36,387 nucleotides of DNA from Sphaeroforma arctica JP610 (lineage: Eukaryota), in assembly GCF_001186125.1 (NCBI RefSeq), contig NW_014040391.1, positions 90,260-126,646 of the forward strand. The letters run 5' to 3'. The position numbers and the translations under genes are program-made. Below are positions 1-13,143 of this stretch, piece by piece. The notes beneath the pieces are model-generated. The model saw only the letters and a list, made by a program, of their open reading frames with translations. It had not been told where the DNA came from and did no database searches. Numbering within the stretch: the first letter of the stretch is position 1; every line of letters begins with the position of its first letter.

Positions 1-59
1 AGTACTTTTATATACAAAATAAACGTGTATATTTTATTTGTATGCTCGTGCATTTATTT

Positions 60-230
60 TCGCTTCTTTTTGTGTGTGTGTATGTGTGAATGTGTGTGTG
101 TGTACGCAAACATGTGTTTGTGTGTGTGTTTGTTTGTTTGTGTGTATGTGTTTGTGTGTGTGTGTCTATATATGTATGTTTGGATGTATGTATACGTATT
201 TATGCACATATATGTGTTATTTAAGTGTGT
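60..230. repeat. (TG)n/(TGTA)n low-complexity microsatellite, probably intronic in a plus-strand gene
   Basis: Degenerate TG repeat. The SNX intron at 35135 also begins gtaagtgtgtgtg on its sense strand. Confidence 0.85.
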
Positions 231-254
231 AAGTATACAATCTGTATTTGATAG

Positions 255-353
255 ATAGAATCGAACAAAATCCGGGCGTTGCATGCAAATAGTGGACGAA
301 GTGAAACATGGTCGCACCACACACCGATCGCTGTGCGGTGAGCGGCTGATAAC
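255..353 (+). other. possible terminal exon of an unidentified plus-strand host gene
   Basis: Candidate AG acceptors at 253-254 and 257-258 follow the TG-rich tract, then a GC-richer stretch with short open frames. No recognisable protein motif. Confidence 0.2.
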
Positions 354-805
354 CTAATGCGGACAACTTTCCGGGCTGATTCGGTCGCTCTCCTTTCACA
401 ACTTTGCTTGACGTGGGGGCCTGCAAGGCCCACTTGGTGTCTTTGCTATCTTTGAAGGACATTATGCATGTTCGTCGCTCTACGGGAGATGGAGTGTCTA
501 TACTCTCTATTAATGTGTCAACTACGAATTCATTTTACCAACTCGTCATACCCCCAAAGAAGTGCACAAGCAAATAAGTAAATATAAAAATATTCGTACC
601 ACCGCTATCCCCCCCGCAAGAACCTAAGTACCGAACATCCATAAAGTCTTGGTTTTTTGCTCAGTTGGGTTGTTTGTATTTCACGCCTTTTTTTTTAAAC
701 AAAAAAACCCCCTAAATGCAACAAGGTTTTGGGGTTTTAACCTCTTTTTTTTTAAATGTTAAACCAGGTCATTTGACGTTGCACATCCGAGCACTTTAAA
801 GTTCT

Positions 806-1006
806 ATGCCTGACGCCCCTTCTTGTGTCGCTCTGTATAAATACTTCTTAGGGCTGGCCGAACAATCATTACACAGTCCTTGTCCAGACGTCCCTTTCTT
901 TGTCCACACCTTGCCTCATTGCATTACCAACTACCCAGGAGATACGACCAACTATTTAGGACCTCTCTGGCCTTTTGAGATGTATTCAACGAGTATGCCT
1001 CTCTGA
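806..1006 (+). pseudogene. CACTA/EnSpm (CMC)-like transposase remnant
   Basis: FFVHTLPHC...YLGPLWPFEM resembles the H-x-L-x-H...GPLW-x-(W/F)-x-(M/F) motif of CMC transposase C-terminal regions. Confidence 0.45.
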
Positions 1007-2620
1007 TCCGGCACTAGTGTCTCTGGCATGGTCTATGGGGCAAAAACATGTGGAGATGCTTAGCTGTTAGATGTTGCACCCCTGCGCCGAACTTTCCTTG
1101 TAAAAACATATTATCAGATGTTCCATTGGTACTCCTTCTGCCGAACTCTCCTGGTACATAACTACTACCCTGAAGGCCATTAGACATACAGCAAGAGACT
1201 TACTGTATAATTCCTGAAAAGGGACATAGTATACAATATAATAATGTTCCTATGATATGGGCAAGAGGTAGTAAGAGCGCATTGATTCAGTGTTCTCGGG
1301 ATTTAAATAGACGCACAGCCGTATACCCCCGCCATTGCTCTGTATCACTATAACTGGACACAAGTCGATCTTTTAAGCACATATACAATGGACGAGTCAT
1401 ACAAACTCAAAATTGGCAAACTGTCTGAACCCCCAAATGCCAGTAATTCGTTGTCGGGATTTTCAATGTCGTTCACTTTTGTTACTTTGAAAAGTATGTT
1501 CTATTATCTTCTAATGCTTGTGTGCGTTGTTTAGTTTTTGTTGTCAAAGAACAAACTATGATGCACTACTAGAGGTTGAAGCGACTGATGAAGCGTCGAT
1601 GAGCATCACAGAAAGTACAAGGCAGACAACATCTACTCTGCCTTGCTTTCTTTTACTAATACATATTGTTTCATTAATTAAACTAAAGTTATTTTCACGG
1701 GAGAGTAAATTTTTCATTTGAGACCTGGGAGGCATATTTGCTGACAAATTGCAGCTGCAATATTGCCCCCTGTCGGTTTTGTGCGTTCGTACGCGACTAC
1801 TGCGGCTTTTGCGCTGCATTTAAAATGTATGAGTCTGACGAGAACATTAAACTAATGATGTATCATGATACATTTACTCTATATATTTCTGTGTCTAATT
1901 TTAATTGTAATACATAAATATACACATGCGCGCGTGCGAATCTATAGGCATTATTAATTTTCCAAGGGCGTGGAAATCCTTCTACACGACTTATTTCTAG
2001 TTATTTGATATCACAGACACATGGTGTGTACTGATACCATGATGTATTTATTCATTCTGGGCAAGGACTTTGTTGCAGAACCGTACTGAGCCTAAACTTC
2101 AAACAGCTGACTTTATAGCACATACTCAAATGTACATACTCGGGTTAGGAATATACCAGTACTAGATGTAACATAGGTATATATTACTACGCAGATTGTG
2201 TCACTAAACGTTTGAGTACACCGTGTTATATTATATGACTGTACGTTTGTACTCATTGCCTTTGTTTTTTTACTTTTTTGGTGCTCCTGTATCACGTCGT
2301 GGTGGATTTTTACACTTGCCCCCCTCGACCATTGGCAGTAAATTCATACATGAACCCATTCTGATGCTACCTGAGGTGCTCGCGCTCATGTAAATGTTCC
2401 TAGTCAATATATTTATTTATTACTATAGGGTACATCAAATTGTGACACTTTGCAACATTCATTTGCCATGTGACCCGATATAAAGGAGATGGGTATCAAT
2501 TGTATGGTGGGAGAATATTGAGAAAATTGCACAGAATTTGTGATAGATCAAGGTGTACTGGATAATGGCTTATCGCCACGATGTTGTTGTGTTAAGCGAT
2601 TCATGGAGGGCCAAATATAT

Positions 2621-2921
2621 TAAATTAGGTGAAGAAAGGGATCAACTAATGTAGTGCTATGTTTGTTGGTTCAGTCATTCGCCTAATTTACTATGACTCG
2701 CGACCTTTCCGGTTTTGTAGTAAATTAGGTGAATGTCGTACCAACCAACCCAGTGCCAGGTTAAAACTAAATATTGCCCCACCCAGGAGCGGATCGTGCG
2801 TACTGAGATCGAAGTACTCGCGACACTTTCCATTTTTGTAGTGAATTAGGTGAATGACTGACACAACCAACCTATTATTAGCCACTAGGTAGTTGGTTCG
2901 GTCATTTACCGAATTTACTAT
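2621..2921. mobile_element. cluster of CACTA-like terminal inverted repeats and a mini-element
   Basis: A ~35-bp motif TAGTAAATTAGGTGAATGACTGAACCAACC occurs five times in both orientations. Copies end in TAGTG (2652-2656) or CAGTG (2751-2755), and one starts with CACTA (2883-2887). Confidence 0.55.
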
Positions 2922-2949
2922 ACAAATGTCCCTGCAAATCTTGATGCAA

Positions 2950-3380
2950 ATCGAATCATACCAGCGAAATGGTTATCCATACTTGGCGCACTTGTGTTCT
3001 ACTACTATATAAGTGTAGGCACGTGCTGCATACTGAGATTAATGTTGTGCAAAGAAATTTTGTGGGTACATCATCGCGAGTCGTACTACAGAAGACGTGG
3101 AATCCGATGCAAAACATCAATAGCTATATCTGCTACAGAGCAGTTTTACAAACTCACCTATCAATTTGTGACCGGTGTACGTAGTTGAAGAATTTGTTGT
3201 ACACTCAGTGATCGTCAAAACTTGAATACTCATTTTTGCGAGAACAATGTTTATAATATGGTCTTCTGGTAAAATTGTTCTGCGATAATAGCATACGTAT
3301 GTGATCACAGCCAACAAAGAGATCGAAGGCCAATTCCGCCAGAAAGTATATGTCCATTCATGTCCCATCATCGTCTGCAA
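2950..3380 (-). pseudogene. second CACTA/EnSpm-like transposase remnant
   Basis: GHEWTYTFWRNWPSISL...ILPEDHI...KLIGEFVKL resembles the K-x-x-EW...LP...LL-x-x-FV region of CMC transposases. It lies next to the CACTA terminus at 2883. Confidence 0.4.
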
Positions 3381-5229
3381 TATATTGTCAGTCGCACATA
3401 TGTTATTTATTATTTCAAACTGGTGATTAAGATATTTGATTGAAAGAGATTATGTTCAATGGAAGGATATGAATCCTCCACATGTCTCTTTTTTTATTCT
3501 TTCGTTGACTTTAAAGTCCTTAGGAGTAGACCGGAGTTGTATATTAACTTATTTTATTGTGTAATTTATTTTATTTCGCTTTGTTGTTTTATACGTCAGT
3601 CGTCAGTAAATGACCGTATCCTGTGTTAGTAGTCATAGCCTTGTCAATCGTCATATGTTTTGTAGCTGTCTGGTGGACCCCGCAACCGATCGTAGCCATA
3701 ATATAAACCGGGAGCTATGTCGCCGCGCGATATATTTACAATGTACCGCGCTCTTTTAGATAACCCACGCCATGAACAAATCACAATACAAACAGAGTGG
3801 GATATAACTGACCGTAATAGGGCGATATTGTGTGCATGAATTATGAACTGTTTAATCTTCAATAATAACAGTAGCTGCAGACTGAGTTGAGCAATGCTCC
3901 GGACCTTTATATAAGATCTAGTTGTCCGTACTACTGTATCATATCCCGCAGCTTATTGCGTGCAGGATTTTAGGAACTACGATCAGCTTATATTACATCA
4001 ATTGTTAAAAAATCATAATTTATAGATTGCGTGAGTTCTGAGAGCTTTCGCTTTACTGAAAGTAGATGAACAGTGATATAAGAGATTGACACTCAATCGC
4101 AGAAATAGCTAGATTGATTAATTATGGGGTTTAAATCTACATGTGACGGAAGAGATGGCACAGATTCTGTCTGCACACTCCCCAGCAGACATGTATCATA
4201 CAACTGAGTGTAGAATGTAAGGCTACAGTTGTTTTATGCCAAGCAACTATACACGAGTGTATACTATTTTGATTCTGAACTTTAGTTTGGCATGTGATTT
4301 GGCTATTTAAACTATTTATTTCGATCGTATTGGTATTTAAAGTGTATGATATGATACTATTTTATTATTATGTGGAACTAAAGATTACGTTTATCATCCA
4401 TGCAACTAAACGGCAGCAAAAGTTTCCTCGTAAAATTTGAGTACCTTGGAGCTGAACGATCAGCTACAAAGTAGGATTCAATGATTAAGCTTTGTATTTC
4501 ACATCAGTATACAGACTTTTGCTGGCAGTTAACCCTTTTCTTTCAAGTATTCATTATCCAATTGTGCTTTATTCGAATTGTTTGGAGTAGTTTGTTGCAG
4601 TACCCACATAGCGTTCCGGGTACTTCTGCACGTGTATTGGCTATATCCTTGTGTCTATTTTCCGAATAAGTTGACGTTTCGTATCAACTTGTTAAGGGTA
4701 ATATTGAAGTCACTCTATCTCATGAAGTGTCTTTCGCTTTTCCCATATAGTTATAACCCCCAAACAATATATTTGTACAGTTCATTTTTTTGTTTCGATC
4801 TATTTACCATCGATGCAATTTGTGAAGACATTTAGCCTTCAGCAGGCGTACATGCAGATCTGCTGCACGTATATGATTTGGAACGTAGCCTATGGTCTTT
4901 GTATACTAATAGTTAACACATCTAGATTTGCGTTAGAATATTCTGCTAAAGAACGATAAATCGATTCAGACTTATAAATCTTTTTATTCAACTCCAAAGA
5001 ATTGTCCGATATCACTACAGATGAAAATCGACCTGAACACACGCACAAGTATCATTCAAGCCAGTGTATCCGTCGTCAATAACACATATTCCGAAAACAA
5101 TATGTTGGCTTGTCAAGAGCGAAGGTATGAAGCAGCAGATTGTCGATGGCAAGTGTAGTTCGGTTAGTTGCAGCAGAGAATTCTGACACCAGATTAATCT
5201 AATTTGCCAACTCTAGCACATACTTACAA

Positions 5230-5600
5230 AATAATGAGATATAATGGACTGTACTAGTTTGACATGACTTCTTTCATCTGTAACCCATTCACAAGTACAG
5301 ACGAATTCCAGGTCTTATATACTAGCTGTTGTAAGGTTGATTATTCTAATGCGGTAGACTCGAAGTTTTTCGTAGCTCCAAAACGATATTTGCTGCAGGA
5401 CTTTCTTTTAATCGCCTGAACTGATAATAAAACCTCATAGCTCATATTCGCGTAGTATCTATCGTGTCCAACGTAAAATTATACATTTAAACCTTCCCTT
5501 TTCGGCCTCGTAAATTTCTATGTTGTGCTCTGGCATACAGTCCAACAACAACATTTGTAAACTATTCACGTCATCTTATTCATATACCGTTTCTCTTTCT
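5230..5600 (-). pseudogene. degenerate copy of an unidentified repeated protein domain
   Basis: Frameshifted translation ILREYE..YQFRRLKE..SKYRF...RVYRIRIINLTTASI*DLEF. DNA is similar to 16070-16230 and 16380-16550. Confidence 0.45.
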
Positions 5601-5984
5601 ATTTTCTCATGTTCCAGGAACACAAACAGGAAATCCCGTTTAGAAGTCAGATTTATTCATTTTTATTGACTTTATAATAGACACGTTTCGGTTTCGTATG
5701 ATAGCTGTTGTATGACTAATATAATGGCGTAAGCCTAGGGATATGGCATCCTGTTCCGTACAACAAGACGGTTGCAACTGCGGGTCGATCAGCCGCCAAA
5801 ACATAGTATAACATAGCGCACCGGACGCAGCGGTTTGTTTTATTTCAGCGGTTTATTTTCTGTACACCAATTTTTTTGGGCTGTTTTAGTGGATATGTTA
5901 ATATACTGTGGGGGCTATACAACGGCAGCGGCGAGGCCTGTCGGGCTATTTACACGATAGCATGTTGAACATGCAAGACATAGT

Positions 5985-6820
5985 TGTAAGATTCGGTCTC
6001 TCAAGGCGATATTAACGCCTTAGAATAAATAAACGCGTAGGTAAATTCTAAGTATCGTGAAAATATCAAAGTAAATAAACGAAATAAGACATTTAGTGAA
6101 GTTAGGTATGCCTCGTGCAAACAGCAATACTCTGAGGGATTGTGAGGCTGAGACATTGCCCATATATAATTCTCTCAGTACTGTTTCCGCCGAAGGGATT
6201 TTATTTAGTGTTTCGTTGTCGCTCTATTAGAAACTATGCTATGTTTCACTGGGGCGAATCCGAGAGACTCATAAAATCCTATCTTTAGAAAAGAAAAGAA
6301 AAAATACCTTGCTGTCCTTAGTTATTGTCTTAACGAATAACTTGCCAATATCAAGAATTACCGACTTAGCCTTCATCAGACTGGCACATTTGGCTGGCTG
6401 ATCGGAGGATCAACTAGGTAACATTAATAGTCCCTAGAAACCTATATTCGGTTGAGCCATCTCGCTACCAAAGTATTCAGATATAAATAAAGTTGGAAAG
6501 TAAATAAAATTATATTAATAGAACTAGACCAACTCTTTATGTTTGGTATTTTACTGAGGCCTTTTAATGGCCTCGTCCAAATATCTGATATGTAAAATAG
6601 AAAAGGTATTAATTAATAAAACCATTAAAACCCATTTTAGGAAACTTGAGTTCCTCGTGCTATTAAGAGTACATTTAGGAAACTTAAGTTCCTCGTACTT
6701 TTAAGAGTACATTTAGGAAACTTAAGTTCCTCGTACTATTAAGAGTACGTTTATAAGTTACGTACTGCTTAAGAGTACGTTTATAATATAGAGCCTAATG
6801 TGGAGGCCCGGCTTATTACA
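5985..6820 (-). mobile_element. 3' LTR (836 bp) of Ty3/Gypsy element B
   Basis: On the minus strand it begins TGTAA and ends TTACA, and is preceded by a polypurine tract and integrase C-terminal coding sequence. Confidence 0.8.
6636..6788. repeat. 38-bp tandem repeat x3 plus shorter derivatives within U3 of LTR B
   Basis: Unit tttaggaaacttaagttcctcgtactattaagagtaca starts at 6636, 6674 and 6712. Confidence 0.9.
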
Positions 6821-6832
6821 CAGCCCCCACCC
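6821..6832 (-). promoter_or_regulatory. polypurine tract of element B
   Basis: GGGTGGGGGCTG lies immediately 5' of the LTR's TGTAA on the minus strand. Confidence 0.7.
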
Positions 6833-6959
6833 AGCTTTGAGACCCATGAGAAGCAAGTTGCTCACTCAAGCTGATTATGGGTCAAAAAAGCGAGAAAGGA
6901 AAAACGGGTCGAAACATTAAGTAGCATAACATATAGTTAATGTTTCTCAGGCGGAGAAG

Positions 6960-7500
6960 TTAAGCGTTCTCGGTTACCCTGTGAGTTTTGGGCTTAGGTC
7001 CAGTAGGTCCGTGGTGGTCGACTGGATGTTTCTTACGCTTCAGTGTCTTCAGCACATATGAAGGATGAGCATTAAGGCTCGGGATAAATGCTGTAGGCGG
7101 ATAAGTTTTAACTTCCGTTCCTTCAGACGATGGAAACATGCTATCTTTTTCAGCTTGTGACTTATGCAGGCGTTTACGCCATTTTCGATTAAAGGCTTTT
7201 AAATAGTCTTGATTATCGAAAGCATCTGAAGTCAACTCAGCTATTGTACCGTCTATAAAGCGTGTACGATAGTATGTATAGCCTCCCTTATCCGTTCTCC
7301 ATATAATGTCTTTAAATTCAGAACGATCAAGAGGGGCATTAGAATCATGTCTTCTTGCGAGCATAATCTCTGTAGTCGGAATACGACTTGTGCCTATATT
7401 AAGCGCCTAGAACCATCGGGGTTATTTATCGGGGTTATTTACCTCGTACGTTCCACTTTTAGTGTCTGCTACAGAGACTATATATGGACCTATCCATTTA
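6960..7500 (-). pseudogene. element B integrase C-terminus (GPY/F motif plus chromodomain-like region)
   Basis: KWIGPYIV...GTYEV near 7440-7497. ORF 6960-7364 contains FKDIIWRTDKGGYTYYRTRFIDGT...DAFDNQDYLKAF. A 13-bp tandem duplication at 7415-7440 disrupts the frame. Confidence 0.65.
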
Positions 7501-7511
7501 GATGTTAATAG

Positions 7512-7871
7512 AGTTATTCGTTAAGACAATAACTAAGGACATCAAGAGTATTTTTTTCTTTTCTTTTCTAAAGATAGGATTTTATGAGTCTCTCGGATTC
7601 GCCCCAGTGAAACATACCATAGTTTCTAATAGAGCGACAACGAAACACTAAATAAAATCCCTTCGGCGGAAACAGTAATGAGATGATTATATATAGGCAA
7701 TGTCTCAGCCTCACAATCCCTCAGAGTATTGCTGTTTTCACGAGGCAAACCTAACTTCACTAAATGTCTTATTTCGTTTATTTACTTTGATATTTTCACG
7801 ATACTTAGAATTTACCTACGCGTTTATTTATTCTAAGGCGTTAATATCGCCTTGAAAGACCGAATCATACA
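7512..7871 (+). mobile_element. partial LTR B (3' portion) in inverted orientation
   Basis: Near-identical reverse complement of 5985-6342, ending ...GAATCATACA. Confidence 0.9.
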
Positions 7872-8363
7872 CTCATAAGAGTCAAACCACGTAACAACAC
7901 AAAATCATAGGATAAACACAATTTTATATATGTACCAATTCTAATCAACTTAGGAAGAGGTCATGACATCTCATGAGTTAAAACCAAAACGCAAGACAAT
8001 AAGGACACAATAGTTCTGAAGGTACTACCTCACAGGGCAACGGATCAGAAGAGTGAGTCGAAATGACAAGAAAGTAGATCAAATGGAGCACAGACAAAGC
8101 GACTAAAAGCAAGCATGCAGTCATAGTTTGGGTTCCACCATTATTTCACAAGAGGGACAGCACAGAACAAGCATACAGTCACGGTTTGGATTCCGAGAAT
8201 CACACGAAAGAGTGAGAATAACCGAGACAAGGACACAAACAACCACATTGATCGATGAAAAATTTCCAAAAATAGCCAAATGCAAACAGCATCACAAATG
8301 GTTAAGGAAGTTCGGAGACTAGGTATAGATATCACAACAGATACCAATATAAGAACAATGATA

Positions 8364-8720
8364 TGGGACGCACAGGACTACAAAAGAACATAGACTTATA
8401 TTGAAATCGGATCAGAAGGCCATCACAAGAGAAATGGCATTAGAGATAAGTAATGCACCCACAAAGGCGAGTTACACATAAGTATCCAGAACATCTCAAT
8501 GTACAAAACAAGAACAAGCTGTTTTACAAACAAACAATAAAAGAAGAATTTTATTGGACGCACAGGACCACAGGAGAACATAGACTTATATTGAAATCAG
8601 ACCAGAAAGCCATCACAAGGGACATGACAATAGAGATGAGTAACTCACGGACAAAGGCAAGTTACACATAAATATCTACAATATCTCAAAGTACAAACAA
8701 CAATAAGCTGTAGCACAAAC
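8364..8720 (+). repeat. diverged ~190-bp tandem duplication in the copy A leader
   Basis: ggacgcacaggac...catagacttatattgaaatc...gttacacataa occurs at ~8365 and ~8555. Confidence 0.85.
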
Positions 8721-9313
8721 AACTTAATACATGACACGAGAACCATGAAGCAGTCCTCATACAAGCATCAAATGACCAATAGTATCTTCAGCAGTAAGTA
8801 AGAAGGTAGCACATTCTCACACAATCGGAGGCAAGCTTACAATAAGAGCGACACAGACACAATTATTCAATAAGAGTATTGGTACAACTACAAATAAAAG
8901 AGACCACGTATGATACAAGTTCGGAACAACCACCGAGTGAGGTACAGAACCTCACCTCACGTGAGTTGGATACGAGACCGACCATCTCAATTGACATCTC
9001 CATCACAACAGTTCGGTACAGGATACACGTAAGTCTATACGTGACTAGATAAGCTTAATCAACAAACATCAAACAAACCTTCACAACCACAGGAAGGAAC
9101 GCAACAAGCTACCGCACAACACAGAACGGTAAACAATTGCCAGGGAAGTGCAGCAACGCGTGATCGCGACAAAGTAAGTAAGATAAGCTCAAAATTTTTT
9201 TCCGGCAAATTACTAGCAAAGGCAAGGGGGGTGAAGCGCTAATTCGGAACGAACATTGCACAAGTTTTTACTAATAACCTGCTATACACACACACCAACA
9301 CAGACAACTCAAG

Positions 9314-10650
9314 ATGACAACAGCGACTAGATCAGGAGTGTACGGTGATGAAGGAATTGACGTTAGCGCGGATGATGCAAATGACAGCCCAGCAGTGGGG
9401 CCGACTCCAGATAGTGGTTCAAGCCAGCAGACACCTAGTGGGGTGCCCATACAGGCATCAGCAATGCGTCTAGGAATAGACAAAAGCATTTGTCAAGGCA
9501 ACTATGTCCAGGTTAGTAGGTTTGTAGCCAAATTGAAACAAACAGCACCAGTGGCTATCGCGAGTCTACACAAGATGAGAGTAGGCATTCACGATCAACA
9601 ACCAGAACGGCACATGCCACTCGTGTACTCAGAACTGAGAGAGTTACGGCCGAGCTATCAATGCATGTGAAGACGATGAAGATGATGAAATAATCCAAAT
9701 CAGTCAGTACATTAGCGAGCTATAGATCCTACGTTCACGCTTAGGTGATAAGGTTGATGAGCCTGTACTATCTAAACTACTTAAGATCTCAGAATTACCG
9801 AAGATACCAAGAGACAGTAGTTTCAAAATGGAAAATTGTGAAGACAATCTAAAGTCTACTACGCAGTGCAAAGACATATTCTTAGCTAGGTCTATGTCAC
9901 TATGTCAGTACCCCGGACTCGTGGGATACATATTAGATTCCACTGATGCAACGAAAACACCAAGGAGGTACTCAAAGAGATACGTGACTCACAAACGCAG
10001 ATCACAAAGCACTACACTGATCCAGAGCAATTCTATATAATCATTATTGATAGACTCAGACATCACCCAGTAGACTATCTGTTAGAGAAGTTCCACAATG
10101 ACATGAAGAACAAGGCACTGAACGTAGAGATGCGCACAGATCGGCAAAGTAGAACAATGCAAGTGTCAGAGGAGCGTTACCGAAACACAGACAAGGAGTC
10201 AATACGCACTCAACTCCTCAATGTAGCGAGATACAAGGCACTCATGTACTATGGACAGCAACAGAAGGTAGACACGATCATTAAAGCCGACAAACTGCCT
10301 GATGAAAGTGATGATCACTTATCAGATATGAAACATTGTGTGTTCTACTCTCATATTGAAGTATCCATAAGTGCAGCAGCCACAGTACAGGCAGATCGTA
10401 TGTACAGAGAGTGGAAGAGATACAACTCGAACTTGGCTACTCAGGGCCAAGCACATAACGCCACAACCACTGCTACCAAATGTCACAAATCAGACAATGG
10501 CACACCAAGACAGACCAAACCAATAGGACAACCTTAAGAGAAGAAAGGGGCGCGCGAAAAACGTGCATGTCATTATTGTAAAGTATTACCAGCCCCACAT
10601 CGATTTAGCCTACGTCCTATGAAGGCTTCAAATCAGAGCAAGAAGGCTTA
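9314..10650 (+). pseudogene. gag: gag of copy A (frameshifted)
   Basis: ATG at 9314. Fragments are homologous to copy C gag (SAMRLGIDKSICQG, HPVDYLLEKF). Zinc-knuckle remnant CHYCKVLPAPHRFSLR at 10568-10615. Confidence 0.8.
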
Positions 10651-11784
10651 GGAGCATGCCAAGAATGACGTGCAGGGAGTCCGACTATCCATTACCTCAG
10701 GAAAAGTAGAAGAGATAACAGATAGCGATGAGTCCTGAAACAACTGGTGGGCGAAAGCAAATATGTTTAAACTGGCTGACAGGCTAAATATAAATATAGA
10801 TGAAGAAACGTTGTTAATAAATGCAAATGATATAAGGTGTCAACCTTTGTTCTTGCTTCCCGCACCAGGAGACTAAAGATTACACATTGCTATACAAATT
10901 AATGGTAACACATACAATGCCCCAGTGGACTCCAGAGCACAACGTCCATGTATGGACAAGAGCATACTTACTGAACTATATCTATCAGTCAGAGCGCAAC
11001 CGGGCTACAAATACAAAGAACAGGATCAACACAAGTATGTGACATTAATTATGGAGGAAGGAAAACCTCTCAAGGTTATGAAGTGTTGGACCTACCAGAC
11101 AAGAAGGTCTTAATACTTCTAGGTATTGACATACTTCCATACATAGGTATATACATATCAGGATTAAGAAATTCAGTTGTACCAACAGATTCAAAATGGG
11201 AATCACTACTCACTCCGCGTGAGGAAGACCTAGAGCACGAACAAGAAGCCTTCAAAGAGTCACTGGCAGACCTCCTAGAAACCAACGCGAATATACCTCG
11301 TGACGTACATTGCAACCTACTAGGCTCTAAAGTCACAGTACCTGCAAATGAAAATAATGTCAGACAAATGAGGCACGCCAAAGTAAACTTTGTACCACAT
11401 AAGTATATCCTACAAACGGATGAAAATGTGAAGAGGTGGCTTACAGACGGTCACATACAAACGAACGACGCCGACAACGGTGAACTTACCCTTGCTATCT
11501 ACAGGGGAGCATGACCGAACACGTCTCCTCAAGAAAGTAAGAACATATTTAGATTTATGCGAAATCAAATACCAATATGAACAAGATATATTCGTGATAC
11601 TAAAAATAAAGGAGGTATTACACAATTTATAAGAAGCACAATTCTTCTCAATGCTAGATCTCACGGGAAGGTTTTGCCACTTCTTAGTAGATGAAGCAAG
11701 TCGACATTTCCTCACATTCTTGTGGAGAGGCGCGCAATACTTATTTCAAGACCTCACGCACAGCACAATTCCAGAGAGTCATGG

Positions 11785-12236
11785 ATTGTTCTCAGATATT
11801 AGAGTTGCTTAAAGTGTTTTTAAGTTTTAAATGAATAGTTGTGATTTATTTGGTTCGAGTCCCTGCTTTTATATGCATTGGACTCCTAATCCTTGAGCCA
11901 TTAAAAAACACCTCGTTAGGTGAAAAAGGTCCTCACTTAGTTTATGATCCAATCCAAAGGCAGCGTGGTCACGCCTATCGCAATCTTTGGCCTTATACGT
12001 CTAAGTTGTGCTGCTCCGATATTGGAATGCCCTATGCCCATTATAGATTTTCCATATTGATGATTCCGTACTCCGGGAAATTCGGTTCCGAGATTAATTT
12101 CCATCTGTATTTAATCCTGTCTTTTCTGAGTTTTAGATTTTCTCCTTGGTTGATTCTAGGATAAACCTTGTTGAGCCTCCGCTGGTCAACCGTTGTTTTA
12201 TGCTTAGTAAACTATCCTTGTTTACTGTGATCAATA
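11785..12236. mobile_element. 452-bp non-coding insertion in the RT of copy A (solo LTR or MITE)
   Basis: Flanked by a CATG(G) duplication (11780-11784 and 12237-12241). Ends are imperfect inverted repeats, ATTGTTCTCAG and CTGTGATCAAT. Removing it restores collinearity with copy C RT. Confidence 0.85.
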
Positions 12237-13143
12237 CATGGCAAACTTGCTCATTGACATCGAAGGAGAGCAAGTGTGTGTAAATGACATAGTCATTGCA
12301 AATCTTACAGAAAAGTTCGTGAAGTAATCAAACGATTGAACGGAGCAAGCTTCTGACTCAATCGCAACAAGTGTGCTTTCGCGGTCAAAGTAGCCAACAT
12401 CCTAGGCGTGAAAGTAGTTACACAAGGACTCAAAGCTGATCCTGAAAACAGAAAAGGATGATGAACTGGCCATAACCCAGAATTAAAAGATATTTGCACA
12501 GAGCGGTGGGACTAGTGAACTATATGCGTGACCATGTTCCCAACTTTGTCCACACAACTAAACACTTCCGTACCCGAATAAAAGGTAAATTGAATCAATA
12601 CATATCAGTGTTATGGACACCGGAACTCGAAACAAAGTGGGAAGAACTCAAAGAAGCCATCGCGTGTTCGGCGTCCCACCGTTTCAGATCATGAACAATG
12701 CTAGTGACTATGGCATAGGAGGATGTTTATTTCAGGTCATAGACGGAGTCAGAAAAGACATTCTCTACTCCTCTAAAGGCCTAAATCCAGCCCAACAACG
12801 CTATGGCACAAACACAAAAGAGCTACTGGAACATTTCTCCGAATGCGTCAAAAAAGGGGACAGAACACTGTGGACAGATCATAAAGCGCTCGCACAAATG
12901 AACAGCCAACAGAAATTACACCCAATGCTAGCCAAATGAATAGCAAAAACATTGCACCACCGCTTCTTCATCATAATTATCCCAGGCAAGGACAACCAGA
13001 TATCAGATATGCTATTGCGCCTACACGACGACACATTTAACACCAAATTGTTGGAGTTATTGAAAGACGCGAACAAAACAACAAACAACAGCCAGGATTA
13101 CACCACCTTGGAAACAAACATGCCCATAACCATATCAGCCACA

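Noticed and set aside
25..320. Cys/Val- or His/Thr-rich ORFs at both window ends (also 35894-36199 and 31682-31980)
   Set aside because: These are translations of microsatellites or TG-skewed non-coding sequence.
6636..6788. CRISPR-like array (also 17192-17315 and 23601-23680)
   Set aside because: Head-to-tail repeats without unique spacers, no cas genes, and a eukaryotic context.
10648..10650. Programmed gag-pol stop read-through at a TAG in copy A
   Set aside because: Copy C has GAG at the equivalent codon, so this looks like decay.
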